Source: Mayamaea pseudoterrestris (taxonomy: Eukaryota). Taken from it: 64,000 nucleotides of DNA. How positions within the stretch are numbered: the stretch's first letter is position 1; the number at the start of each line of letters is the position of its first letter. A model generated the notes under the pieces. It was not told the DNA's origin, did not search any database, and worked only from the letters and a program-made list of their open reading frames with translations. Both the position numbers and the translations under genes were made by a program. Of this stretch, positions 14,453-25,243 are shown piece by piece. The stretch lies in the NCBI GenBank assembly GCA_027923505.1, contig BROI01000034.1:1-64000 (forward strand). The letters are read 5' to 3'.

Positions 14453-14945
14453 CTGGTTACTGTGTGGCAGTTTGCCCTCCCCGACAACTGATGCTACATG
14501 TGAGCTTAAAATGATTGTTATGCACCAATATCACCGCATATGTGTGCCCAGGGATAGCCAGAACAGAATTCATGGAACAAGACTATTGGGGATAGTCATT
14601 ATAGGCCACACACTGTTGCACCATGTTGCTGGTTACTGTTGAATCATTGCCCTCCCAAACAACTGATTTACATGTGAGCAGGGAATGATTCTTATGCACC
14701 AATTTCACGCATATGTGTCCCCATGGACAGCCAGAATAGAATTCATGGAACAAGACTATTGGGGGTAGTCATTGAAGGCCTTACACCGTAGCACGGTGTA
14801 GCCGGTGACTGTGTGGATCTTTGCCCTGCCAAACAACTGATGTTACACATGAGCTGGGAATGATTATTATGCACTAATCTCACCGCATATGTGTCCATAA
14901 GGATAGCCAGAACAGAATTCATGAAACAAGACTATTGGGAATAGT
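14453..14945. repeat. Degenerate ~175-bp tandem repeat, ~3 copies
   Basis: GCTGGTTACTGT...CAACTGAT...CATGTGAGC...AGAATTCATGGAACAAGACTATTGGG recurs at ~14453, ~14628 and ~14800. Confidence 0.85.
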
Positions 14946-14986
14946 GGAGCTGGTTTCTCTGAGAGCATACTCCTAAAGTAAAGCAA

Positions 14987-15395
14987 TGTGTTTGGGACAG
15001 CTAACACAGTCATAGTCTTTTCAATTAATGTCGTGAAGCATGTCCAGATAATCACATTCGCGGGGTGGGGAGGTGGTACAAGCTTGTAGGATCAATGGCT
15101 TCACAAAGCCAGCATTGACTTTTCACGCTCCGCATGCACAAACAAACACTGCCAAGAAATAGACAGTTAAATTGACACTGGCCTTCAAAGCAACCATTTG
15201 ATAGGTTATGCCAACAACAACTCTTAACTACTGATATATGGAACAAACAGAGAGGCTAGAGATTGCAATTTTCAAGTGGTAATCAATGACTCTTTGAAAG
15301 CATACTCCTACTGTAAAACAATGTGCTTTGGGATAGCTAGCATGGTCATTGTGAGCAGTGTTCCAATTAAGGACATGAAGCATGTCCGGATATAT
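14987..15395. repeat. Degenerate direct duplication, ~335 bp spacing
   Basis: Segments like AATGTG(C)TTTGGGA(C/T)AGCTA...CAATTAA...TGAAGCATGTCC(A/G)GATA occur at ~14987 and ~15322. Confidence 0.6.
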
Positions 15396-15537
15396 CCTAC
15401 CATAATTATATAAATCTTGTAGTAGTTTGAGCAATAATGATCAGCTTATGAACCGTGATATTTAGTGTTTGGCGATGATGTTATGATTTTGCCACAACTG
15501 GCCAGCCATAGGTAGTTGAATGTAGAATGCATAACTT

Positions 15538-15710
15538 GGGGTGTTGGCCACACCCATCCTGCAGACCATTCCATGGTGTAGGCTTCCAGGCAGTCCTTTT
15601 GGCACCATTTGAGACCATGCTCATGTCAATGGCGCCCCCTGGACATGTTTTGCCTGACTCATTGAGTCATTGAGTGGCCAGGTCATGGGGCATCCTAGTG
15701 GTATATTTCC
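15538..15710. repeat. Isolated ~175-180-bp repeat unit, inverted homologue of 58254-58441
   Basis: GGGGTGTTGGCCACACCCA.CCTGCAGAC.ATTCCATGGTGT and CCAGGCAGTCCTTTT...CCCTGGACATGTTTTGC.TGACTCATTG match the reverse complement of 58254-58441. Confidence 0.85.
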
Positions 15711-16327
15711 ACCTGATCTTCTCCCAAATGGTTGTTGAGCCTCAAAAATTGACCAAGTAGCTACTTGGCTTAATGTTTTGCTTCCAGATTGTAATAATTC
15801 TGACATGCAAACATAGTTTGTGGTATGCTCTCGAGATTTGATGCGGTGCAACGCCTTCAGTAAAGGAAGTCAGCCATTCTTGCCACTGCGGCTATTATAA
15901 AATAAATAAGGTATTGTTTGTTTTAGAGGCAGCACACATTCTAATACTGTAAAGTTTGGTGACATGCAGATCCATCTCGTCAATGACCAATGACGAGCAC
16001 TACCAGAAATCATTTATCATTGCAGCTCAATACTTAAGTTTAATTGTACATATCGGTAAGCAAAGAAGTGGCCATGCCATATTATGTGTGATGACTGTAT
16101 TGCATTGCAACAATAAATGATGGCAAGGTATAGGTGTCCAGGGACCGGGATACCAACAATAGGTAATAGGTACTGACAGTGGAGCAAGGATCGACGAGTC
16201 CGCATGAGGGCGAGTCGTGCCAAGACACAGATCATTACCGCTCCGACAGAATGTCATTCATCTCGTTGAACGTCAGATGCAACTTTGCGTCCAACTCGGA
16301 ATCACTTTTCCTTGCTTCTTCATCAAT

Positions 16328-17377
16328 ATGATCAACTTCCGCCTTGCGTTGCTTCTGACCCTGTTCTTGAAATGCACGGGACTCGCAAACAATAAACCAC
16401 TACTAGAAATCTTCTTCAAAGCTCGAGCAAACAGCAATATTGGATCGTCGCAGCTTCCGACGAAAGCAGATGGCGATCGATTGCTGCAGTCGCTCAACCT
16501 TGAAGCTTCGACGGAACCAAAGTTAGCATACGCCAAACTACAAGACATTCCCAATCTGCTGACAGCGAGTATAACTCCTGTTCTGCGAGCGGCGAGTGGA
16601 GTGTTTGCGCAGGACTACAAGCTTGATTTGATCGCGCCAGATGCGACCAAATACTCGTACCTTCCACCCATTCAAGGACGACAACTACTAGAATCTGGAG
16701 TCTATAAACCACCCAAGGAGCCAATCATTTTGTACGAACTAGAATCGTGTCCATTTTGTCGCAAGGTTCGGGAGGCTTGCAGCATGCTCTCCCTGTCAGT
16801 CACCATGAAACCAACCCCCAAAAACGGACGCATATTTCGACAGGAACTGCAAAACAAACTTGGCACAACTAACAAAAAAATCACCTTTCCTTATTTGATC
16901 GATCCAAACACTGGAGTGAACATGTTCGAGTCGAGCGACATAATCTCCTACTTGTTCAAAATGTATGGAAATGGGAGCGTCCCTTGGACCTTGGCCGACA
17001 CGCAACAGTCAAGCGACGCAGTGCTATCCACAGTCACGGCTGGACTTGGCGTCGGCTTGACTCGCATCAATGCTGGTGGCAACTACGAAACGTCCCAGCC
17101 GCCAAGTTTACCGCTGCAGCTGTGGGCCTATGAGGGATCGCCCTTTTGCAAGATTGTTCGAGAGCGATTGAGCAGTTTGGAGATTTCACACACTGTCGTG
17201 TTTACACCACGCGGCAGCATGAATCGACAGCTACTTTGGGAACGGACGGGTGGTCGCTTCCAAGTGCCGTTTCTCGTGGATCCAAACACTGGCGTGGAAC
17301 TCTTCGAGTCGCAAGCCATGTGCGAGTATTTGCAGCGCATGTATGCGGTTGCCGATTCACCCGTAGAGTTCTTGTAG
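16328..17377 (+). CDS. Tandem glutaredoxin/GST N-terminal domain protein with signal peptide
   Basis: Two thioredoxin-fold repeats: LYELESCPFCRKVRE...FPYLIDPNTGVNMFES and LWAYEGSPFCKIVRE...VPFLVDPNTGVELFES. Hydrophobic N-terminus follows the ATG at 16328. Confidence 0.88.
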   Translation: MINFRLALLLTLFLKCTGLANNKPLLEIFFKARANSNIGSSQLPTKADGDRLLQSLNLEASTEPKLAYAKLQDIPNLLTASITPVLRAASGVFAQDYKLDLIAPDATKYSYLPPIQGRQLLESGVYKPPKEPIILYELESCPFCRKVREACSMLSLSVTMKPTPKNGRIFRQELQNKLGTTNKKITFPYLIDPNTGVNMFESSDIISYLFKMYGNGSVPWTLADTQQSSDAVLSTVTAGLGVGLTRINAGGNYETSQPPSLPLQLWAYEGSPFCKIVRERLSSLEISHTVVFTPRGSMNRQLLWERTGGRFQVPFLVDPNTGVELFESQAMCEYLQRMYAVADSPVEFL

Positions 17378-17746
17378 TGAGGAGGGCTGATGGATACTGC
17401 AAGTACCATGATGCTGATAAATTTATTAGCATGATCACGCCGTTAAAGGATTTAAAAGCCGACGAAAGTTGATATTGTCGTCAAATAATATAATAGTCAA
17501 CTATGTTAAATGTTAACGTACTGGATAGACACCAGTGATCGACACAATCCTGACAGGTTTCGGCTGCATAAACATCGCAAAAACCAATTGTGGATTCAAA
17601 GTGTGATAGCATGAGAAATCTTCTTATTTGGTCGAATCTCAATCCCAAAGTGCCATGCTTGGCACATAGCGGAAGCGGCGCAGAACGTTTCCCTTTCCAT
17701 CGTTCGTCGCTGAAGGATCACGTCCATCACGCTGCAATATGTAGCT

Positions 17747-19156
17747 TTATACATCAAACTTTTCCAAATCGCCCTTCCACCCAAACGTATTATAGGTTCC
17801 ATAGTCTGATGACTCGCCGACAACGGTATGCGCGTCATCATATGCAGCGTCATCCTCGAGCGACTCATTTTCAATGCAAACCTGCAACCAATTGGACCTT
17901 GATCGGAGACGGCGAGCCGAAACGGCTCCCACCAACAGGGCCATGATTCCAACCGTGGATACCAAAATGGATTGGTCATAGCCGTCTTGCGGTTTTGTAA
18001 ATGAGGCATTGGAAGCAGCGGATAATTGTGGAGGAGTTTCAACTTGAGCAATAACCTCGTCGGCTGCTGCAAGTACCGGCGGCGACGCAACATTAGCAGC
18101 TAATAGTTGCAACGGCGTTTCCATGGCTCGCGTAGACGATCGAACAATGCGCTTGCCCTTCTTTTGCTGCAGTGCCGGTGGCTCAATGTAAACCTTGCGC
18201 GACGCTTGCTGCACCAGAGCAGTCGTTGAAATGACTCGTCCTTCATTGTCGTACAACTCATCTGGCAAGACGACCTGGCCCTGTGAATTGGTATGTAGCT
18301 GTCGGGGATCATAGTAAAGGTAGGTGACCTTGTCTGGTTGTGACCTTGCAAGTGCCGGAGTATCTGCCTCGGCAGCAGCAGATGCAACAAGCAACCCTGG
18401 CTGCTCTGCACCCATGGCAGCCGCTGGCTGCTGCATCAGTGGTTCTTCTCCTTCAGCACGAGCTAATATTGGCTCTTCTGCTTGTAGCGACTGCGCGCTC
18501 TGGGACGGTAACGCAATGGAAGCTTCCGATTGTTGAACGGCAACAGCTGCTTGCTGCAAGGGCTCCTCCAACGCGACATAATTCGGCTGAACGATCAAAC
18601 CAGCTCCAGCAGCTCCTCTTGCTGGTTCCATCCGTATCGGAGAAGCTGCATTTTCAGTCGCTTGCAGCGCATTCGCCACCAAATAGACTGGTTCCTCCTC
18701 GCCGAGCGCCTCTCCCAAAACTTCCACCACATTCAGCAAGTGCTCCTGGGCGCCATGCTCCAGTCGCTTGAGTCTGTTATTATTATTATTATTTGCATGC
18801 TGCTGCGAATGTATTCGATGATTGTTGTTGCGAATCTTGCTAGTGCTACTTGCAGCGTGACTCCTAGTCGCCGTGGAAGTCGCAACCGGTGCAGTCTGCG
18901 ACTGTTGGCTCTTGCTGGATATTAACACGCTCCAAATTGCCAAGACTACCAGCGGCGAGAGTAGGACTACCCGCATAGCTTGCTTCATGAAGGAATTACC
19001 GAGCAGGCGATGCCTCTTGCCTCGAAATGGATCGTGATTACCTTGACTTTTACTTGATCCGGAGTAAAAGGAGGCTCCCGATTGCTGCGTCCGTTGGCGT
19101 GTTGTTGCAGTGGCTGCTGGAGTCGCAAAGGGATGTGCAAAGAGACTACTATTCAT
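17747..19156 (-). CDS. Hypothetical membrane protein with two hydrophobic segments and a Q/A-rich linker
   Basis: 469-aa ATG-started ORF. TM-like segments VVLLSPLVVLAIWSVLI and ILVSTVGIMALLVGAV, followed by an acidic C-tail. Confidence 0.8.
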   Translation of the reverse strand: MNSSLFAHPFATPAATATTRQRTQQSGASFYSGSSKSQGNHDPFRGKRHRLLGNSFMKQAMRVVLLSPLVVLAIWSVLISSKSQQSQTAPVATSTATRSHAASSTSKIRNNNHRIHSQQHANNNNNNRLKRLEHGAQEHLLNVVEVLGEALGEEEPVYLVANALQATENAASPIRMEPARGAAGAGLIVQPNYVALEEPLQQAAVAVQQSEASIALPSQSAQSLQAEEPILARAEGEEPLMQQPAAAMGAEQPGLLVASAAAEADTPALARSQPDKVTYLYYDPRQLHTNSQGQVVLPDELYDNEGRVISTTALVQQASRKVYIEPPALQQKKGKRIVRSSTRAMETPLQLLAANVASPPVLAAADEVIAQVETPPQLSAASNASFTKPQDGYDQSILVSTVGIMALLVGAVSARRLRSRSNWLQVCIENESLEDDAAYDDAHTVVGESSDYGTYNTFGWKGDLEKFDV

Positions 19157-19698
19157 GTTGATTGTATATAGAGATCGATAGATGTTACTGCACTGCTATT
19201 GTCCCTTTGTAGGAACAAACACGACGTCAAATTGCTGTTTCAATGGTCCACTTCCGTCGGTCGTTGGGGTTTTCGCAACGCAGGCGTGTCTCCGCTCTGC
19301 TGCCACGCTGGCGTGAGCGAAGCGAATAAATTAGCTGTGATTGGACAAGTGTCATTGGCTCTCGGAACGAGCGAGGCGAGCCGTTTCGGCGAACGTCACA
19401 AATCCTTTCGTCGACGCCATTCACCGCGGCCTTGATACGACTAACACCAAATTGGACTAGACGTGAAAGAACAATTGCAGGGGCCACTCAACCAGTAGTT
19501 AAGCGCTATAGAAATTCGTTGAACTCCATTAGCGAATTTAGGATAAAATAGGAGAATGCTCATAGAACTGTCTCAACTTTCACGCTGTCGTTTCGGGACT
19601 CGTATGCTTGTGCCGCTACGACATCACATTTCCATCAGCTTCATCAACCGCGACGGCGATCTTAATCAACGCAATTCTTCGGCAGCCGCTCATCGAAT

Positions 19699-21168
19699 GT
19701 GAGTAGCTCGTTGAACGAAAAGTCTGATTCTATTCTCACAATTCCGAGACATTGTATTCCCAGTCTCTTTGTAGCAGCAGCCTTGTTGCTTCTGCTAATG
19801 GCGGATGGATTTCTTCCCGTCAGTCGAAAGCAACGTCGCCAGATAAAAGCACCTTCTTTGTCGTCCATTGGCAGTTTGGATGTTAGCAGCTTGTCGTTGT
19901 CAAATGGAGACGAAACGTTGAGTCATCTTCCGGAGAATGCACTAGTGATTACTATTGGACCTCCTGCCTGCGGCAAGACTACGTGGCTGAAACGCAGAGG
20001 TATTTCTGATGTCACACTCGACGATCAACCAGGGGTGCATGTTGCGATTGATCGAATAGAATACTTGCTGGCGTCTCGGTATACGAAAGGCAAACGATTA
20101 GCGCTGGAAGAGCGAGAAATTATCAACCGGTTAAACAGAACCATGTTCCACGAGAAGTCAGTCTTAGAGCGCTTGGCGACGCCCAAGGAAGTCGAGTTGA
20201 CGGCAATCATAATGCGATTGCAGAACAAGATTACGGCAAGCCGCTTGAAGTCGCTCCTTCCTCCGACGCCAGTCAGCAATCTACTTTGTGCAGCAGTTGA
20301 AGATTACATACAATCTCATGCAAGTAGTACTCCCATTCGACTCTGTCGAACATTAGACCTGTTTGTCGTGGAAAGCTTGTTTCGCGGCGGCATGCTTGAT
20401 CGCGCTACGCAAGCGCTCCACAATCACACCGAGTCGTCGCGAGTCGCGTGGGGAAATACCAATACACTTCCTCGCGACTACGCTTGTGCATTGGAAATGG
20501 CTAGTCAGCAGCAACGACCAGTCTTTTTCTGTATCTGCGAGCCGTTTGATGCAAGTTATACTGAGAAAACGAGCAACACCACTCCGGGCGACTCCAACGG
20601 CAACAAGTCCGTCTATGATTTGCGTGTCGAATCTTTCAAAGTTTTATTGACTCGCAGCATCGACCGGCTAGTGCGCACGGGTCGCTACGTTCCAGCGCAA
20701 GTAATATATGACATGAATGAGCGTTGGAAGGGGACGCTGCTACAAGTCAAAGCTGCGTTGCAGCTTGAAGTCGAGCTTGAGGAAGCGGAAGCTGGAGATG
20801 TGATTGATGTAGCGCTCGAACCCAACGATGCCATCATGAACAAGCCGTTTGTACAGCTGGGAAGAGTCTCACAGTTTGATCTGCACCGACATTTAGCGCA
20901 GCTTGCTGGCTATGATATGGATAGGCATCGACGTGTCAAGGCAATCAATAAAGCGGGCATTAATGGAGAGCAATCAACGCACCGGACAGCGTCAGGTCGG
21001 AAATTCGATCAGCTCAAGGCCAAAAGTGCTTCGGCACGGTCTGTGACGCCACGAAAAGTAAACGGCGTTAATGTTGTTGACAGCCATGCTACGACTCGTA
21101 AAGGTCCACCGCAAGTGAGCATACTTCAGAATACGTCTCGCATAAAGCTTGCTCCCAACAAAAAATAG
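19699..21168 (+). CDS. P-loop NTPase, AAA_33/polynucleotide-kinase-like; start codon uncertain
   Basis: Walker A ITIGPPACGKTT, VAWGNTN (cf. DNTN), and lid-like R..TGRYVPAQVIYDM. Confidence 0.72.
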   Translation: MSSSLNEKSDSILTIPRHCIPSLFVAAALLLLLMADGFLPVSRKQRRQIKAPSLSSIGSLDVSSLSLSNGDETLSHLPENALVITIGPPACGKTTWLKRRGISDVTLDDQPGVHVAIDRIEYLLASRYTKGKRLALEEREIINRLNRTMFHEKSVLERLATPKEVELTAIIMRLQNKITASRLKSLLPPTPVSNLLCAAVEDYIQSHASSTPIRLCRTLDLFVVESLFRGGMLDRATQALHNHTESSRVAWGNTNTLPRDYACALEMASQQQRPVFFCICEPFDASYTEKTSNTTPGDSNGNKSVYDLRVESFKVLLTRSIDRLVRTGRYVPAQVIYDMNERWKGTLLQVKAALQLEVELEEAEAGDVIDVALEPNDAIMNKPFVQLGRVSQFDLHRHLAQLAGYDMDRHRRVKAINKAGINGEQSTHRTASGRKFDQLKAKSASARSVTPRKVNGVNVVDSHATTRKGPPQVSILQNTSRIKLAPNKK

Positions 21169-21904
21169 TTGGTTGCTCGATTGAACTTCGCCCTGCTAGC
21201 GACCACTGCCGGACGAGCAAGTGTTGCAGTGACAGCCCAACCAGCAGTTGACAAACATTACGATCTCAAGCCCTTCATAGTCACAGGCTCTGGACATGAT
21301 CCAATGGCTTATTAAGGACCTCCCTAGTGTATTGACTTTGCGCATGAGTCTCCTGCTTGCCTCCGCCTCTAGTTCGACACCTTTGACCGGCAAGTGCAGA
21401 GTGAAGCCCGATCCAACAGTTATAACTACGGCATTCAAGGTTTGCGTCCTGCTTTTAATAATACTATGGGCAATATGAGCTATCTGCTGCATGTCACGCT
21501 TTGTACGGCATTTTTCCTATGCTGGCAAGGTGGAGCTGGCAGCATAATTTATTTACATTAGCTTCGCCGTAGCTGAAGGATCACTAACTGGTAGCAAGGC
21601 ATCAGTTCGACTACGTAGTGCTGAAAAAATACGGTCTCGCATGCATAAGAAAGCTAGCGCGTGGCAGACAGTGTGGCTGTCGCCCTTCAATTGGTCCCGC
21701 TGGAGCAAATTGGAAACGGTCATTGTCCGGCCACGAGAATGACCGTGCGTCGGAAGCACGATCGACCCAGGCCAAAATCGTCGACCGCGACTGACCACAA
21801 CGGAGCCTTGCGAAATCACCTCGAGCGCGTACCATTCGCTCGCCAAGAGCATATAATATAAGCACAGCCAAAGGTTTCAGCGGCACTTACTGCTGTCTCC
21901 CAAT

Positions 21905-22504
21905 ATGAGGCTCCTTAGCTTGCTAGCCTTCTTTGCCTCGACATTCACTACGACAGATGCCAGCCTCGTTGACTTTGAACGCCGCACAAGAGATGGCAGT
22001 GGCTTTCAAGGGCAGCTTTTAGCAGAGCATAGCCGCGGACAACGAAAGAGCCAGAATTTCGTTCATCGGGCATTGAAAGGAAGCAAAGGCTACAGTAGCG
22101 GCAATCGCCGCGCCAAGGGGGGCAGCAAAGGTAGTCAAGGCAAACCTTTGAAGACGAAGAAAATGACGTTCTTCGTCAAGAAGAGCGAAATTCGAAGCAA
22201 CGTTATTCAAAATGCCGACGGCTACACTGCGATGTTCCCTCTATATCAACAAGGGAGGCAAGTCGGCCTTTGGTACGAGTCTGTAGTCTACACGCTTGCT
22301 AATGATCGCGACGGCTTCGGATCTGTCGCCATTACATTCAACAAGAATTCAATACTTTCGCTGTCTACCGTGTCAACAAATAACGTTTATCCAGTCACTG
22401 GAGGATCAGGGTCGTTTAAGAAGTGCGTGAGCGGCGCGGCTCAGGTAACGGATGACAAGCCATCGATCATAACCTTTGAGATCAACCTGATTCAAGCCTG
22501 TTGA
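21905..22504 (+). CDS. Secreted protein with RXL + K-rich linker and a dirigent/AOC-like beta-barrel C-domain (paralog A)
   Basis: Signal peptide MRLLSLLAFF, HRALKGSK...KGGSK linker, YPVTGGSGSF motif. The C-domain aligns with 22976-23587. Confidence 0.8.
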   Translation: MRLLSLLAFFASTFTTTDASLVDFERRTRDGSGFQGQLLAEHSRGQRKSQNFVHRALKGSKGYSSGNRRAKGGSKGSQGKPLKTKKMTFFVKKSEIRSNVIQNADGYTAMFPLYQQGRQVGLWYESVVYTLANDRDGFGSVAITFNKNSILSLSTVSTNNVYPVTGGSGSFKKCVSGAAQVTDDKPSIITFEINLIQAC

Positions 22505-22975
22505 AATCGCTCGGGTCGAGTCAAAATAACTGTCAAATATGCATGTTGTCTGTATTACGTTCTTTATATCTTTAAACGCCTTTGTCTATGTTTTTCGGTG
22601 CCTTATATGCTGGAGACGCTGCATCCATAGGTGTAGCCTGGGCCTGATAGAAGAGGCGCGCCATAGATATTGGATCGTGCAAGGACAGAAGTGCGAGCCG
22701 GTCAAGTCACAACGGAGATGTTTCATATAGCCCTATCATCTTATTGGACAGAAATTGTAGTTTTCAATATGGCTTGTTCGTCGAAGACGATTTGAAAAGC
22801 CATAAATGAAGTCGCCTCAACATCATCATTAGTCGCGCGGTCATCGAAGACCGCATCGGTCCTGCCTTGCAAATTTACTCTCCCCGCCCAGCAAAGGTAT
22901 TCTTGCATCCAATCGTTTACTTAGCAACCGATATCGAGGGGACAAGTTTTATTTGGGAGTAGCTGACAGGAAACA

Positions 22976-23587
22976 ATGAAGCTTCTTCAGCGTATTCTTC
23001 CGACCGCCTTGCTGCTCGCATGTTCTTTGGCTCAGCAATCGTTCCTTGAAGACGTCACAGAAGTCCATCAGTCGAGGCAATTCGACTCCTCTCTCAGTAC
23101 TGAGCTATGGCTTGGCGGCGTGCTGGACCAGAAAGCAGGCGAGTCATATACTGACGAAGGAATGATGCAACATAACGACGAGGACGAAGAACAACACAGG
23201 CATTTGAGTCGCGGTCGATACAATCAATGCAACGTTCTCAGGGTGTTCATTCGCAAGTCCGACATTCAGAGAGCTGCACTGACTTCAGAGAATGGCTACA
23301 GCTTTCAAATTCCCTTTTACGATAGAAGCACGAACCGCCGGAGGGGCATTTGGTACGAGCAGCTCACCTACGCCAACCGACAGCAAAACATGGGCGCCGG
23401 CATGGTGACACTCAAGTTTAACGTCAATACCTCTCTGTCTATGAGTGTCGTTGCTGGTCAAAAGCAATTGGCCATTCTTGGTGGTTCTGGCACGATCGGC
23501 GCTTGTCCAGGAGGTTACGGCTTGGTGACTGGCGATACTGGAGATGTCGTCCAGTTTCAATTTACAATCTGCGATGCCTGTTCATAA
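22976..23587 (+). CDS. Secreted protein with RXL and a dirigent/AOC-like beta-barrel C-domain (paralog B)
   Basis: Signal peptide, acidic pro-region ending HRHL, then GIWYE, LAILGGSG and terminal AC, all matching paralog A. Confidence 0.8.
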   Translation: MKLLQRILPTALLLACSLAQQSFLEDVTEVHQSRQFDSSLSTELWLGGVLDQKAGESYTDEGMMQHNDEDEEQHRHLSRGRYNQCNVLRVFIRKSDIQRAALTSENGYSFQIPFYDRSTNRRRGIWYEQLTYANRQQNMGAGMVTLKFNVNTSLSMSVVAGQKQLAILGGSGTIGACPGGYGLVTGDTGDVVQFQFTICDACS

Positions 23588-23828
23588 AAACTAAAGCAAA
23601 GTAATGCTATTGTGTCAATTAGTAGCAAGTTACAGTTTGCATGTCATCTCTAGCGCCTAGCAGTACATTGCTTCGATCGATCGAACGAAAGAACAACTGA
23701 ATTTACACGTTAACATGCCAATTACTAACACAAAAACAGTTACACCAAGCGACACAATCATCAAGCGTATTAACATGTGCTGTTGCATCGATGTCCGCAT
23801 CCAGATGCCATTCCTCGTCGTATATACG

Positions 23829-24849
23829 TTACACAGTCTTTTTCGCCGACGTGGGCGGCTGCACGTAGCGCCCGACAAAGAACTGCATGAACAAGAACAA
23901 GTAGCTTCCGTACATGCAAAAGGCTGCCGCGTTATTCTCCGCCGTTACCGTGCAGTTTGGTTCCGTCTTGTAGTAGTAAAAGGCCGCCAAGGTGACCACG
24001 ACACCAACCACCATTTGCGAAATTTGCGCAGCTGTAATAATCATGGGGTGCAGCCATTTTGGTTTGCATCGCATGGCCATGAGAAAGTAATAAAAGTACA
24101 TAATGCCATGCACCGAGTAGTTCATGACGACAAAGAATATTCCAGGCGGAGAAATGGTCACATAGGAATGCCAGCAGAAGAGGAGCACCGTAATGTGATG
24201 GTACCAGTGCAAAAAGATGAGGGGTTTCTTGTGAATAACAATAAAGAAGGTATCAAAGAGCTCGGGAAACTTGGACAGTATAAACAGCTGCACCCATAAG
24301 CCAGTTGATCCGCTTCCATAGGTTGCTCTCGGGTCTTGACACAGATTGTCCTTGAAACTCATGCTGGTCAAATTGTACACCAAGTGCGGCAGCGTCCGAA
24401 GCATTCCAAAAATGGAGAAGAGACTTAGTGACAGGTTCCAGGCCGCCAATGTGTAGCGCCAGTTGAACCGAGGGTGACTCGCCATCAAGGCTCGTCCAGC
24501 GACAATGCAGAGACCGTACATGACGCAGGCCATGAGCGGCACCATGGGGTGCGCCTGCATCCAATGCAGAATGGGAACTGGGTCATACTTCTTTTCGAAA
24601 CTGCAGAGAGCGATGAGTGAAAGTAAGCGACAAGAATACAGATGCAGCTTACAGATGCATGCTTCGAACAACTCGGAATGTGCTTTGAAGATGCGGAGTT
24701 TCTTGTGCAATCACTTACGCGAAATAAAACGGATCGAGGCTCGAAATCTGACAGGAGAATTCATTGTATTCAACTCCTTCTCCATTCACCGCAGAGCATG
24801 GATTGTTACTTGACGCAGTTTGGAAAAAGCCCATCATCATGCCAATCAT
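23829..24849 (-). CDS. ELO/GNS1-SUR4 fatty-acid elongase; 2 exons (intron 24601-24718)
   Basis: KFPELFDT, FLHWYHH, NYSVHGIMYFYY and TAAQISQM motifs. The GTAAGT...CTGCAG intron joins ...DPFYFA/FEKKY in frame. Start ATG at 24849 or 24840. C-terminus ends in a dilysine-like KKTV. Confidence 0.95.
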
Positions 24850-25243
24850 GCAGTCAAGTGGCCTCTACTCGTAGTTCGCTGGTTGTCTCGAGCCTCGGCA
24901 CTCGTCGGCTCGTTGTCATTGTCGCGCATCGATTGCGGGCCGGCGTGGTTGCCGCCAAAAGCGGACGACTGCAAGACGGACGACGTCACCTGCAAGGCAA
25001 GGAACTTCCACGAAACCCAAGCTAACCTTCGCTTGCCAATGGTAGGCGGCACCTACTGCCGAAGTCACTGCACCAATGTTTTTGTTAAAGTTCCAAAAGG
25101 TAAACAAGAAGTAGAGTCATGAAAGGCTAGGAAGGTATCGACAGAACGCTCGTCGACAAGATACTGAAGCCGGGCACAACCTGCGACCATCTACCGTACC
25201 TTCGTAGCTCGCTTACAGTATATAGTAGCGCTTTATTAGCTTA

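Noticed and set aside
21196..21886. Short ORFs between the P-loop gene and paralog A
   Set aside because: No motifs, overlapping on both strands, and no convincing gene structure.
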